DNA of 63,004 nt, the filler included, from Piptocephalis cylindrospora (Eukaryota), in assembly GCA_003614145.1 (NCBI GenBank). It is 11 parts of 11 records of this genome, joined end to end, with 100 filler letters (N's around TTAATTAATTAA, not from the genome) between each part and the next. Parts side by side here need not be neighbours in the genome. Positions count along the whole stretch, not along the records: positions 23,235 to 28,850 come from KZ988368.1; positions 28,951 to 34,563 come from KZ988369.1; positions 34,664 to 40,276 come from KZ988370.1; 8 more parts are not named here. One strand, given 5' to 3'. A model generated the notes under the pieces. That model made no database searches. It was not told the DNA's origin and worked only from the letters and a program-made list of their open reading frames with translations. A program made the translations under genes and the position numbers. This document shows positions 23,698 through 35,981 of the stretch, in pieces. Within the stretch, counting starts at the first letter, position 1. Each line of letters begins with the position of its first letter.

Positions 23698-25494
23698 ATG
23701 TCTACATCAACCCCACCGATGGCACCTTCGGGTCTGACAGCAAAATTCTCCGAGGAGCAGGGTTGTTGGACGGCCTTTGACCCTTCCGAGCAAGTGACGC
23801 TCGCTTTTGATGATGAAAAAAAGGGCTGGTAAGCCTTTCCAGGATGGGCTAATCCACAGGGGGAGTAAGGCATGGTGAGGAGCCGACTGATTAACTCACT
23901 CCCGTCTCCTCATGTTACATTCTCTTCCTCAGGTTCCCGATGGTAAGTAGAGGGACTGATCTTTGCCGGAACCTGACTGCCCTCATTCATGGGGATGATG
24001 ATAACAACAATCATGGTAATAATAATAATAATAATTGCTTCCATCGAATGACCCTATCTAGTGGGACGAACGACTGATCCAACAGCAACAGTCGGCCTAT
24101 GGGTCGGCCAAAGAGGACTCATCAATTGCAAAGCCCTCATCCATCAAAGAACCTATGACCAAAGAACGGAAACGTTTTCATGGCAAGGTAGGTACAAATA
24201 ATGTGGAAAATTTCATTGTAAATTGTCATAGTCTAATCATCCCTTGATAAAGGAATCAAAGGATGAATCGCCTCCTCCACCTCGGCCTAATAGCTCCATT
24301 TACGTCACAGGTCTACCTAAAGACACAACTACGGAGGAGGTATCTGCCTATTTTTCCAAATGTGGAATTATCATGGAAGATCTAACCTATGGTATGTACT
24401 AGAGAATCATACGTTCTAGGGCCTAATAATACCATCTCTGACACTAAAACCAATGTATCTTTGGGAATTAGGTGGGAAAAAGATTAAGCTCTATACCCTA
24501 CCCGATGGAACTCTCAAGGGTGATGCATTCATCACCTACTTTAAGCCTGAAAGCGTTGATCTAGCCATCAATCTGCTGGATGAGTCTTCCATTCGCCCAG
24601 GGGAGGATGTGGGGCTTTTAAAAGTCCAAAGGGTAGGTTTATTCTTTCTCTTTGGGGCTGAGGTATGAAATTTAATCATCCTCAATCACTACATACTCTC
24701 AGGCCTCCTTTTTTCAATCTAATGAAAAAAAGGGGTCATCCAACCCATCATCGGAAAAGGGAGGGAAGGGCAAGGGTCCGGCGGGGCCTCGAGTTCAAGT
24801 GGATGCTGCTGTTTTGAAGAAACGACGGACAGCTCTTGAAAGGTAGCGTACTCTACTGCCATTTTTGTATTCCATTCTCACGCTCATCCCTTCCCACCTT
24901 ATCTATAGAAAGTTGAATTGGCAGGACGAGGAAGATGAGGAAGTCAGGGCTGCGTCGAAAAAAGCCAAGCGATACTCAAAAATTGTTGTTCTCGTCCACA
25001 TGTTTACCCTAAAAGAGCTAGATGTAGGTTGTCATGATTGATTCAAAATGGTGAGGGCAAGCATAAGATCTTCTCACCACTTGTCCATACTCCAAAGGAT
25101 GACCCGGAACTTCTATTTGACCTCAAGGAGGATATCCAAGAAGAATGTGCTAAATTGGGCGAAGTGGCCGGGGTCGCTGTGTATGACCAAATGGAAGATG
25201 GTGTGTGTTCGGTACGCTTCAAATCCCCAGAATCCGCACTGGCCTGTGTCAAGGTACTGTCTGCATTTCGATGATCGATGGTGGTATAGGCTATTTCATC
25301 TCACCCTTCAGTCCTAGGTGATGAATGGTCGATTCTTCGGGGGTCGACGGGTTGAGGCATCTATCTACGATGGTAGCCGTAAGCTCCATCGAGCTCAGGA
25401 AAGGAATACAGGAGAGGAGGCGAGGAGACTTGATGCCTTTTCTGATTGGATTGAGGGCTTTGGTAGCGATGACGAGGATGATGATGACAATTGA
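23698..25494 (+). CDS. CUS2: HTATSF1/Tat-SF1/Cus2-like U2 snRNP-associated RRM/UHM protein; intron-rich, with 10-nt microexon 23933-23942
   Basis: W|FPM|WDERLIQQQQSAYG; NSSIYVTGLPKDTTTEEV..FSKCGII; KIKLY..LKGDAFITYFKPESVDLAINLLDES; DLKEDIQEECAKLG; MNGRFFGGRRVEA. Confidence 0.9.
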
Positions 25495-25650
25495 GATGTA
25501 AAGGATGGAACAGGTATCTTCCCCTGAGGAGTAGAATGGAATAAAGGGCTCATTGACCCAGCCATCCAAGCAATTCATTTTGATCAGTTTTCTCTTTCCA
25601 CTCTTGCCCCAAAGTGTACTGGCTCGCACACGCATACGTCGATGAGGGGC

Positions 25651-28600
25651 CTAGGCCTTGACGTTCCACTAAGCATGACCGTGTTATCATAATGATGTTT
25701 GGCATGGAATGATGAGATCGGCGCACAATAAGTGGAATCAATTATCATTAAAGCCTTACCTGAAGAAGAGTGCCATCTAGGCCACCAACGGAGAGAATCT
25801 TGGATCCATGAGCGGAAAAGATGACGTTGGTGACATGTGAGGCATGACCTTGGAGAGAAACCTTGGCCGCTCCCTCCTGGGGAGCTGGATACCTAAAGAG
25901 GGAGACGCGAGCAAAATCGTCTCCAGTAGCAAGCCACTTCTCGTCGGAGCTACGGCTGACTCCATTGATCTATGGTATAAAACACAGGAGTTGGGGTTAG
26001 CGATCCTGGGAAAGGAAGCATGGTATACCCTTAAGGTTTACCCTCAATCTTACCTGACGACCATTCATTCCCTCACCCCAGATTCCCAGGGTGGGCCAGG
26101 CAGTGGTAAGGGTAAATGTAGCCCAGGCCACATCCCGAACGTCAGATGCCCGAGTAATCTGTTCCTGCTTCTCTACATCCCCTGAAGGTACGCATGAAGG
26201 GCATGAGATGAGGTCGATTATCCTCATATACTCACAGTGAAACTTACAAAATAGGAGCTCGTAGTCCATGCTGTTACTTTGAAGATACAGACTGTCTCGG
26301 GACCAGTCAAAGGCTGTGATGAGGCTGGTATGGCCAAGGAGATTGCCTTGCACCGACCAATCCTCCGTGTTGTATAGGCTGATTCCCAGTTCATGGGAGA
26401 AACCACCAATGGCTAGGAGACGGCCATTGGGGGGAAAATGCCACGGCGTCACGGGACTTGGAAGCGCTCTCCCGACGGGGTGCCTTGATCTCATGGAGGA
26501 TTGAGAGATCCTTTGAAGAAAGGATATAGACCTATTCAGAAGAGATGAGGGGGTAAATTTAAATTGACGAATGATGGAAAGAACAGCGGGAGTGAGGCTT
26601 ACGCGATTAACATCAGTAGTCACAGCAATAGACTCTCCTGTAGGATGATATGCCGCTCCTTGAACCTTGTAGGGGAGAGTCGTAGCTTGGATCTAATCTC
26701 GGGAAGGTCAGGAATGAGCATAGATATCCACATTATGCATCTCTCTAGAAAAATGAGCTCATCTCCCATGGAGTCACCCTATACACTTACACAATGCCCT
26801 TGAGTCAAGTCCCATTGGAGGACTTGACAATCTTGGGAGACACTAACAACTCGATCCCCCGAAGGATCAGCGGCAATGCCCCAGACTTCAGTATTACCTG
26901 AAGTGAAATGGCTTCGGATAAGGGCGGTTCCTGCTGCTCTGGCTTCCTCCTCCTCCTTGTGGACTTTATCCAAGGAAAGAGAAAGGACGGTTCCGTCATC
27001 TAGACCAATGACGGCCAAGCTCTTCCCTTCATCCACGGATATGGCTCGAGCAGCAACTCCCTCATTGGCCTGGTAAAGGAGCTGGGCCTTCGATTTACCC
27101 AGTTCCCCCGTGTGCTTCTCCACTCGTCCATCCTTTCCAATTGAGACAAAAGTACCATCTTGACCAACAAACCTCAGACCAGTCACGGCCTTCTACTCGA
27201 TGAGGGTATAGGTTGGATTAGTTGATCATGTTCTCTATCTACCCTTTACGCTTCCCATACCTTATGACCAGAGGAGATGGTTCTTTGAACCTGACGCTTC
27301 TCTAGATCCCACTGATAGATATCACCGTTCATACCTCCAGTAATGAGGGAGGATGCACCGGGAAGGTAGGCGGCGCAGAGGAGAGTCTGCTGCTTCCCGA
27401 CCGTACCAAAGACACCCTTCTTAGGATCGAGGGTTCCTTCCTTGGGATCCAAGGTCCAGAGCTTGATGTGCCTAACGCCGACGGTGACGAGAGCATTGGG
27501 GTCCGTGGGATGGAAGAGGACGTAAAGGACACGGTCTGAGTGGGCCGAGGTACTAGCAATTTCTTTCCCTGACTTCCAATCATAGATGGCCAAGGTATGA
27601 TCCAGATCATCGCCAATCACAGCCAGGTACTTTCCTTCCTCATCCTCCTCAGTGGGGGCGGAGAAGGCAAGGGAGACTGCGCTCTTCAGGGCCTTTCCCC
27701 CGTTCACTTGTCCCACTTGAGTGTGCTCGGGCCCGGAAGCCTTCCAAACGTAAAGATGAACGGCAGGATCCTCTCCATTAACCTGAGTGACAGTGTCTCC
27801 AGTAGCAAGGAGATTCCCAGTGGCATTGAGGGTCATAGCCGAAATCTCCGAAGAGCCGTGAGCCTGAAAGAAAGACTGAGATCCAGAGGCAGCCAATTCT
27901 TGGACAACTCCGACACCTCCAGCATGGTAGGCGAAATGCGAGCCCCCGGGAAGAAGGTGGATGTTGTCGCGGGTACCACGGGAATTATACCCGTACACAC
28001 GGCCCAAGGTAACAGCAGGAAGGCCCTTGGAGCTCTCACTCGCCTTCTCCTCCTCCTCAGAGTAACCGCTAGGGGAGAAGATGGCGCCGGCCCAAGGCCT
28101 GGATGAGGTGGCGCTGGGACCGCCGCTCGAGGGGCTCGGGGAGTCAACCGGGGAGGAGGGGCGTTCCTTGAGAAGCTGATATGAGACACGGACTTCACCT
28201 GAACCTTTTTCCAAAGGCACCCACTGATCCTTGACTTCATCATCCACGGAGAGACCTTCAAGGTCCAGGATGAGCTGGCCTAGGGGGTCGTCTGGAGAGT
28301 CAAAGTCCTGATCCATGACGCGAAAGTGCAAACGACGGTCATTCTCATCAACGGCCATTCGAAAACTATCCTTCCACTGGGGTTCCAAGGTACGAAGAAG
28401 GGTCCTGGAGCGGTGCTCACGCTTCCCAGAGCGGACCACAACATACGGGTCGGAAGATCCTAACAGAGTGCAGATGTAGCATATCCAGCGCGTAGGATAA
28501 ATTGGAGGGACAGTGAGAAAGGCTATGTAGACGTGGAAAGAAGGGATGCTTCATACACTTACCAGTGTCTTCGTCGGCAGGAGCAAGGCCACGAGCTTCG

Positions 28601-28682
28601 TGGACGGGGATGGTAACGTGCAGGGGTTCCTAGTTGGGGTCGTACTCCGCTCCTTGGCACCCACACTCACTCGCTCCACCAT
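25651..28682 (-). CDS. C2-domain plus EML (echinoderm microtubule-associated protein-like; HELP-WD40) protein; multi-exon, start uncertain
   Basis: C2: VHEARGLAPADEDT|GSSDPYVVV..TLEPQWKDSF..DQDFDSPDDPLG; HELP: LGRVYGYNSRGTRDNIHLL..YHAGGVGVV; EML tail: FDWSRDSLYLQSNSMDYELLF, VRDVAWATFT..WPTLGIW, LATGDDFARVSLFRYP, GHASHVTNV, SVGGLDGTLLQ|WNVKA*. Confidence 0.85.
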
Positions 28683-29104
28683 CCTGACAGAGCAAGGCCA
28701 AGCCAAGGATCTCACGATCCCCCCTCCCCCCCCCCCCCCACGGGTCAGGCGGGCATTGATCCTTAACGTCCCCCCCCCTTCCTGCTATGCTTGGAGAGTG
28801 GAAGGAACAAAAAAACCATGCATTAAGGCCCTCCCCCTCACACATCTCTCNNNNNNNNNNNNNNNNNNNNNNNNNNNNNNNNNNNNNNNNNNNNTTAATT
28901 AATTAANNNNNNNNNNNNNNNNNNNNNNNNNNNNNNNNNNNNNNNNNNNNGAAGTGTGCATCCTCTTCCTTCTTGAGCATGGCATCTTGTATGACCATCC
29001 CCCCTACCCATCTTAAAAACACCTCTCTTTTTCCTTCCTTCCACCTAAATGCACACACAGAGAATGATCAAGTGATACTGAGAGAGGGAAAAAAAGGACA
29101 ACAC

Positions 29105-29812
29105 TTAAGCTTTATGAATCTTGATGTGAAAGGTGCACTGGGGTAAACCAGTGGTCTCGGCAGTGACGGTAGCGGCGACGCCCAGGTTAGCTAGGGCACC
29201 GCGGATGATGCCGCAAGGGAACCATAAGAATGGTTGGGATCGCCTCGCGGCATCGGCCCCACCTAGGCCGGTGGAGGCACGGGAAAGCCATCGGAAAGTA
29301 TTGTCCTGGAGGACATAGACACCCCGATGGTTCGTACGGAGATTATCGACTTGTCGACGGAAAACAGCAATCCAAAAGTCCTTGCAGATAAACTTGATCA
29401 CATCCAGATTCTCTGTCATATATGGCCTTCCTTTGGTGTACCTCTCGGCCAAAGCTGTGCCCACTCGATAGCCCAGGCCTTCGAGACGTGGATGGACGTC
29501 GGGGGCGTGATGGGCCGTGAGAACGGACGAGGCCAGGGGATAGGCCGAGGAAGTAGGCGGGGAAGGGTTAGAGGCTGAGGCCCCTCCCGCTCCCGAGGCA
29601 TCCTGGGAGCTGGAGTAGAGGGAGAAGGTATGAGTGACCATCTCGGCGAGTAGGAGATCGAGGCACGTTTCGTTGACCTGCCGACGAGACGACACCTGCT
29701 GGTGAGGGGATCCGGATAGAGAGGCTGGACTGGCATCGTCCATGGACAGAAGCTGGAGGAGGATGCTTGCATCCTGCAGGGCTGCAGGGCCCTTTCCTGT
29801 CCCTATGGTCAT
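29105..29812 (-). CDS. TRS33: TRAPP complex subunit Trs33/TRAPPC6 (start codon uncertain)
   Basis: RLEGLGYRVGTALAER, LDVIKFICKDFW..VFRRQVDNLRTNHRGVYVLQDN, FPCGIIRGALANLG. Confidence 0.93.
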   Translation of the reverse strand: MTIGTGKGPAALQDASILLQLLSMDDASPASLSGSPHQQVSSRRQVNETCLDLLLAEMVTHTFSLYSSSQDASGAGGASASNPSPPTSSAYPLASSVLTAHHAPDVHPRLEGLGYRVGTALAERYTKGRPYMTENLDVIKFICKDFWIAVFRRQVDNLRTNHRGVYVLQDNTFRWLSRASTGLGGADAARRSQPFLWFPCGIIRGALANLGVAATVTAETTGLPQCTFHIKIHKA

Positions 29813-30248
29813 TCTGAGGGATGAAAAGGTTGGGTGAGGCGAGTGATGATGGAGGGCGGCGGGGGAATGGAAGGAGGAGAGGGTGCTGAGCTGGGTCTTT
29901 AGAAGAGGGAGCAAGTCCGACGCTGTTGGTGGCTGAACCAAGAGCAAGTGTGATGAGAGGAAATTGGGCACCATGGTGTTTGGCACTGGACCCGGTCGAG
30001 ATCACAGTACCAGATGAATCCGATAGGGATCAGCGTAAACTAGGTTAGTCTAAGTCAAGAGATCTCGATGGCAACGACAAATAAAGCATTATCATTCAAT
30101 GGCCTCACACTCTGAAAAACACATGTCCATTGAAAATACGCGACATTCAATTTATCCTTCTAACACACTTCTTCCTGTCTCCCCACAGGACTACACCCTC
30201 ACTCACCCTTAGCGCAAGACGACCCAATCGCCCTTCCTCCACATACAC

Positions 30249-31821
30249 TCAGAGGGATAGCTTGGCCAGACGTTCAAGGACCATGTTCGTCCGCTTGTCC
30301 AACTTGTCCACATTCCGATTGATGATCCGCTCATTCTCCTCAAAGCTCTTCTCCAGCCCAGAGCATTGCGAGGCTAGAGCTCGAAGCTCACCATGGAGCT
30401 TGCTCTGTTCCGTGGTAAGGACTTGGATGGTCTCGCCAAATCCAGCAGCCTGATCGTGCAAGTGCTTCAAGGATCTTAGCCGATCCAGCAGCCCTGGGGC
30501 TAGTGGGATGAGAGGGTCAATGCGTGCCAAGCCCTCATAGGCTTTATTGACCTATTTGGACAGATAAGTAAGCGAAGAGACATTAATCGGAGATATCTCC
30601 CAGATTAAGGGCCCATTGGGGGATGGGAGGCTCAACTTACCTTTTCAATCATCTCTGGGGTCATACGTGGCACAAGCCCTTCAGGATCATCAGATCCAGC
30701 GCCTCCTCCCTCTTGTCCTTCCTCTACTTCAGTATCACTCGCAATCCTAGAGGGCTGGGCAGCTTTGACCTTCTCCAAAACTTCTAGCTCTCCGATCAAG
30801 GCCTTGACTCGACGCAACGCCGATTCCATGACCCTAGGCTGAGAAAGGAGTTGAATTTGCGCATCGGTCCGAGCCACTGTGGCGATGAGGCCCTCGGACA
30901 AGTGGCTCGATCCAGTGGTAGAAAGGGAGGCTGAGGTATCCGAGAGATCCGTTCGCCCCACCAGTTTCTCCAAATCAGCAACTCGAGCCTCCAAGACAGC
31001 AGCTCGAGCGACTGCTGCAGCTTTGGCTGTGGCCCCACCGGCGCTCCGATGCTCTCCTCCATCCTCGGAGATCTTAGCGGGATCACGGGCTTGCTGGAGA
31101 CGAGCAATGAGCTTACGAGAGATCAACCCCTCGTGGGAAAGGGCGGTTGTTTCCCCATCCCCTTCCTCCCCCTCCTTCCCTCCCATGGATCCGGGGCCAA
31201 GGCGGGTGGAAATCGAGTCCAGCTCATACTTTAATGCTGTGACCTGGGAAAGGACCATGGAATGCCTCACTTCTTCCTTGTCCTCACTCTTCTCCGCCTC
31301 CTACATGCAATAAAAATGAGAGGGTGATTAATACACGTAACAACGTTTGCTTAGGTAAAGACGAGGGGTAAAATTACCTCCTTCACCTGGTCGTCCAGCT
31401 CCTGAACCTCCAGCATGAGGCGGGAGAGCCTCTGCGCCGAGGTCTCCTCAAGCTCTAGATCCCTCGAGGCATAGGCGTACTCGGAAGTCCCAGCCTGAAG
31501 GCGCAAATACTGTCGGTAAAGGGACCGCTTTCTGTTCGCACCCTCCTCCGAGGGGTCGATTGCCGTGGCTTTCTGGAAACGCTGAGCTGCCTCTCCAGGG
31601 CTCAACGTACTTCGCTCAATCTCATTACTTTCCAATTGAGGCTCAAAGTAGGGCTCATTGGTTACCTCTGGCGTATCATCGGTCTCAAAGACATCAGGTG
31701 CCGTATCCTAATGGAATACGATGACCATATTGGTTCATCAAGGTCAGTGAGGGCATTCCCAAGGCAGTTGAACGACGGCATGGTCACTTACAATATCAGG
31801 CAGGGAAGAGTACTTGCTCAT
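30249..31821 (-). CDS. DCTN2: Dynactin subunit p50 (dynamitin); 4 exons
   Basis: MSKYSSLPDI|DTAPDVFET; ETSAQRLSRLMLEVQEL; LEARVADLEKLVG; IDPLIPLAPGLLDRLRSLKHLHDQAAGF. Confidence 0.9.
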
Positions 31822-32129
31822 GGCTAATGGTAGGATCAAGCTCGAATGGGATAAGAAAATGGGGAAAGGGATTGGGTTGGGTTTAGCGAGAAGGGTGAGG
31901 GAAAGACCTGAGGAGGCTGAGAGAGAGCGCCCTCCTTTGGAGGGTGGGATCGCCAGAGCGAGGGGTAAAGGATGGCTTCGGAGGCACACTTTATGGTCGG
32001 AGTCACTGTCTGAGTCCAAGGTGAGGGAATGGGTGTCACCGCTATGGATGGTGGCGGTGATAACAACAGTGAAACGTATTGGGGAAGATCACAAACCTCC
32101 CTTTTTCCTAGGTCTTCGCAAAACAGCCT

Positions 32130-33248
32130 CAAAGGGATTTGGAGAGTGTCCTCATGATATGATTGCTTCCTCAATGAATCATTCAATCCCTCCTATCTTC
32201 TCCTCCCATTTCTCCATAGCTTCCTTTTCAACAATCACCTTCTCCTTGGTCTTCATCAGTATCCGAATTCGCATTCGTAATTCATACTTAAAGTCTGACT
32301 TGAGCGTCGTCTCGGATAATCTTGACGTGATCCGTAGAACTTCTCGATCAATACGCCAAACTGTACGTCCAATGACCAGGAGGCTAGACTCAAAACTTAG
32401 TGATCTTGGAAAGTCATAGAGTGAGCCTGCCCCCTTCCCCCCCTTCCCCCAAAGTCTATTTATTGAGTGCTTCACTACAATGAATTAAAATAGATTCACA
32501 ATCCTGAAAATTCCCAAGCATGGTAACTTCTTATGTTTTTTAAGGAAAGGGTTATGGAAACCCTAAGATCTGTTTCTTTGACGGCCCCTAGGACGAGGCA
32601 TTTTCAATGATGTCTTAAGGAGTAGATTATTCCGCATAACTAGATCGCTACCTCTTTCCTGAATTTGATAAACGGGTCAGCATCTTCATTATCGAGATTG
32701 GTCAAAGATTAACGGGCCGGTAGATGTCAAGGCGTTGTATCATTCGAAGAGGGGTTCTAGGTTGGTATCAAAAATAAAATCCTCATTATTGCCATTAACA
32801 GCTTTGGTCATGGATATTCCATCCAATTCTACCTCCAGGAATCCAATCTTTGCTATGATCATTTCATCAAAGTGCTTTATGGACGGTTTAATTCTTTCCC
32901 TTTCGTGGTGCCTCTCCTATATGCTCAAGGTATTGTGAACAAGAAAAGACCATAAGGTATCGATTCTCTGGATGCCCGACTTCCCAGACTCTTTATTCCT
33001 GTGCGTACCATCGTGTGAGGGAAGGATAAAGAAGAGATGGATGGGAAGATATGATTCTCTTACCTTATGGCCTTTCTAGCTCGGAGTTCAGATGTAAATT
33101 ACGACTGCTGGTTCGAATGGTGATAAAGGCCAAGGAGAAGACGACTGTTGAAAAGGAAGCTATAGAGAAATAGGAGGAGAAGATAGGAGTGATTGGAAGA
33201 TTCATAGAAGAAGCAATAGTATTTTGAGGAAAGGCCCTAAACCTTTGA
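32130..33248. pseudogene. Degenerate repeat relic, two diverged copies in inverted orientation (possible non-LTR retroelement 3' ends)
   Basis: Reverse complement of ~32130-32300 aligns by eye with ~33080-33248 (e.g. CCAAGGAGAAG..TGTTGAAAAGGAAGCTAT.GAGAAAT.GGAGGAGAAGATAGGAG); one copy carries an in-frame stop. Confidence 0.5.
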
Positions 33249-33664
33249 TATGAGTAATGCGATTTTTCCCAATAAATGTCACTGTTTGCTACTACTATTG
33301 CTAATTATCCCGATTATCTCTACGCATTTACATCAGCGCACACCTTCACATACACACCCATTCCCCTTCTGTCCTATTATTGCCTTAGTAGTAATTTATA
33401 TTTCTATCTTTTATCTCCCTTTGTCTCAATGCCATATGCTCCCAAGGGAGTAACGGTAAAAATAGAGCCTCGCCACTCAGTCCTTTCCCTGCTTCTTTGG
33501 AACAGACGCTCTGATTATCCTCCACTTCCTTTCAACATCCATCCATACTCTATCCATTGCCTTTCCCCCTGTTCTTTATGGACTCCATCCATTTATTGTA
33601 CTCTCCCCCTCACTCACCCCCTCAAATTATCGCCCGGCAGATATTTTGTTCTTGGCGAAGGAAG

Positions 33665-33867
33665 TGTAATCATGACATCATGGCAAAGTTCCTTTACCCC
33701 GCCAGGCCCCGGGCCAGGTCCCAGGTCAGGTCCCGACTCAGGTCCCGAGCCTTCCCCTCTCTCATGTTTTCTCTCGCCTATAAAAGGCGCCTTCTCGTCC
33801 CTCTTCCCCCAGACTTTTGGAATAGATCACCAAACCTTTTCCCCGCCTCCCCTGTTAGCTTGTTACA
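33665..33867 (+). mobile_element. 203-bp LTR related to the LTR at 18545-18844
   Basis: TGTAATCATGACATCAT start (vs TGTAATGATGTCATCAT), TATAAAA at 33779, shared CCTCTTCCCCCAGACTTT(T)GGAATA motif, TGTTACA end; no matching 5-bp flanks (GGAAG/ATTAG). Confidence 0.8.
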
Positions 33868-34210
33868 ATTAGGGTCGGGAAGGATAGGGGGGTCGGGGGC
33901 AAGTGCGGGAAGGTCCCGAAAATGGGATCAAATTTAGTATAGGGGACACCTCGATATCACGTGACTGCTACGCTCCTATTGGCTGATATTTACACTCCGC
34001 ATCTGCAGCGTGTTCATCTACTATTGGCCAGAGTTTCGTTGATATATCTAATCTCCCCACGAAAATACATCCCAAAAACCCCTAAAATCACCACCCGCCA
34101 TCCTAAGCCCTAATTTTATACCTTCATATGCCTAAGTACCCTAGACTCTAGCCTTCCAAAACAGCGCCCAGACACACGTAAAGACCGCTAAACCCTATTG
34201 TATTGCACCA

Positions 34211-34563
34211 TCACTCGAAATATCCCGTCTCTCGGAGGCATCCCAACAAAGCCTCCCACATGTCCTCACTGTTCTGGCGACGCCAGATGAACTCCTGAAG
34301 GTGATATTCCATTTCACCCTCAGTCCTATTCCTCGGGGGAACCACAAGCTTGATCCCATTCCAGGTGCCTTCGATGGTGTTGGTGTGGACACCCGTGTCC
34401 GGATCGACAAAGGTCGCGGAATGGTTGACCGTTCCATGTTCGAGGCCGAGGACCTCGGGAATCCTGGTGTATCCACGCCAGAGGTCCGTGTAGACGATAG
34501 AACCAGGAAGGACGTGGCGCCTGATCACGTCTAGGAGGCTCTCGGCGGTCCTATCCTGCACGG
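34211..34563 (-). mobile_element. Merlin-superfamily (IS1595/ISXO2-like DDE) transposase C-terminal part, 5'-truncated by contig end
   Basis: DRTAESLLDVIRRHVLPGSIVYTDLWRGY..HGTVNHSATFVDPDTGVHTNTIEGTW..YHLQEFIWRR. Confidence 0.92.
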
Positions 34564-34663
34564 NNNNNNNNNNNNNNNNNNNNNNNNNNNNNNNNNNNNN
34601 NNNNNNNTTAATTAATTAANNNNNNNNNNNNNNNNNNNNNNNNNNNNNNNNNNNNNNNNNNNN

Positions 34664-35799
34664 GGGAGGAGTTGCTTGGCTGGGGATAGGGCTCCAGGGT
34701 CAAGGACCGTGACGGGGAGGTCCGGAGTTATCCGGTGGTTGAAACGATTCAGAAGGATGGGATCTGTCACCTGGTCTACGCTCCGGCCTCGATCCCGCAG
34801 GAAGCAGAAACCGAGGCGCGTCGGGTCTCAGAAATGGCCATCTCAGCTTTGGAGAAGGGCGGGGCCGGGGTCTTTGGGGTAGAGCTCTTCCTACTTGCGG
34901 ATAATACCATACTCCTGAACGAGATTGCCCCTAGACCACACAACTCTGGCCATTATACGATCGAGGCATGCGAGACCTCGCAGTTTGAGAACCACCTCCG
35001 TGCCATTCTCGGCCTGCCTCTGGGATCCACGAAGATGAAGGTACCTGCGGCGACTATGCTTAACCTCCTTGGGGGCCCTGGTTACGATGCGGCCGTGCAA
35101 TCGACCATCTCCGTTCCTGGAGCCACCCTGCATCTGTACGGGAAGGCTGAAGCCCGGGAGGGCCGGAAGATGGGGCATCTCACAATTGTGGGAAGCTCGG
35201 TAGGCCGGTGTGTTCAGGCTCTCGAACCCGTCCTAGTGCACACAGAAACGGGAACTGCACGGGGTGTTCTTCCGTCGGGTCTGGAGACCCCACGGGTAGG
35301 GATTATCATGGGCAGTGACTCAGATTTACCGGTGATGCGCGGGGCCGCGCGAATTCTCAAAGACTTTGGTGTACCCTTTGAGCTGACTATCGTGTCGGCC
35401 CACCGGACCCCGGACCGTCTGAGGCAGTACAGCCGAGATGCAGTGTCCCGAGGTCTACAGGTAATCATTGCTGGGGCCGGCGGGGCAGCCCATCTCCCGG
35501 GGATGGTGGCGTGCCAGACAGCGTTGCCGGTGATCGGAGTACCTGTCAAAGGCAAGGCCCTGGATGGGGTGGATTCCCTATACTCGATCGTCCAGATGCC
35601 CCGAGGGATTCCCGTGGCGTGTGTAGCGGTGGATAACGCGACGAATGCAGCGCTTCTCGCGATCCGGATCCTTGGCCAGAGCCGGTCCGGAGAGGAAGAG
35701 GGGTGGACCAGGAAAATGGAGGAGTACATGGAGCGGATGGAGCAGGAGGTGATGGGAAAGGTGGACCGTTTGTCCAAGGTGGGTTGGGAGGATTATTAA
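34664..35799 (+). CDS. ADE2: Phosphoribosylaminoimidazole carboxylase (PurK-PurE fusion), 5'-truncated
   Basis: [73 protein letters not shown]. Confidence 0.97.
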
Positions 35800-35981
35800 G
35801 TATGCGGGGTGAGATGGGAGAGAATACATGGATCTATGCGGCCGATATGTTTTGTGTATACGTATGTGTGTGTATTGCAATGTCTCTTCTCCCTATTCCA
35901 TTTGGCTAGAAGGATGTGTCAGGACACGCGCCATGGGATCTAAAATCCGCTACTCTCATTCCCATTGATGGACTTCATAGT

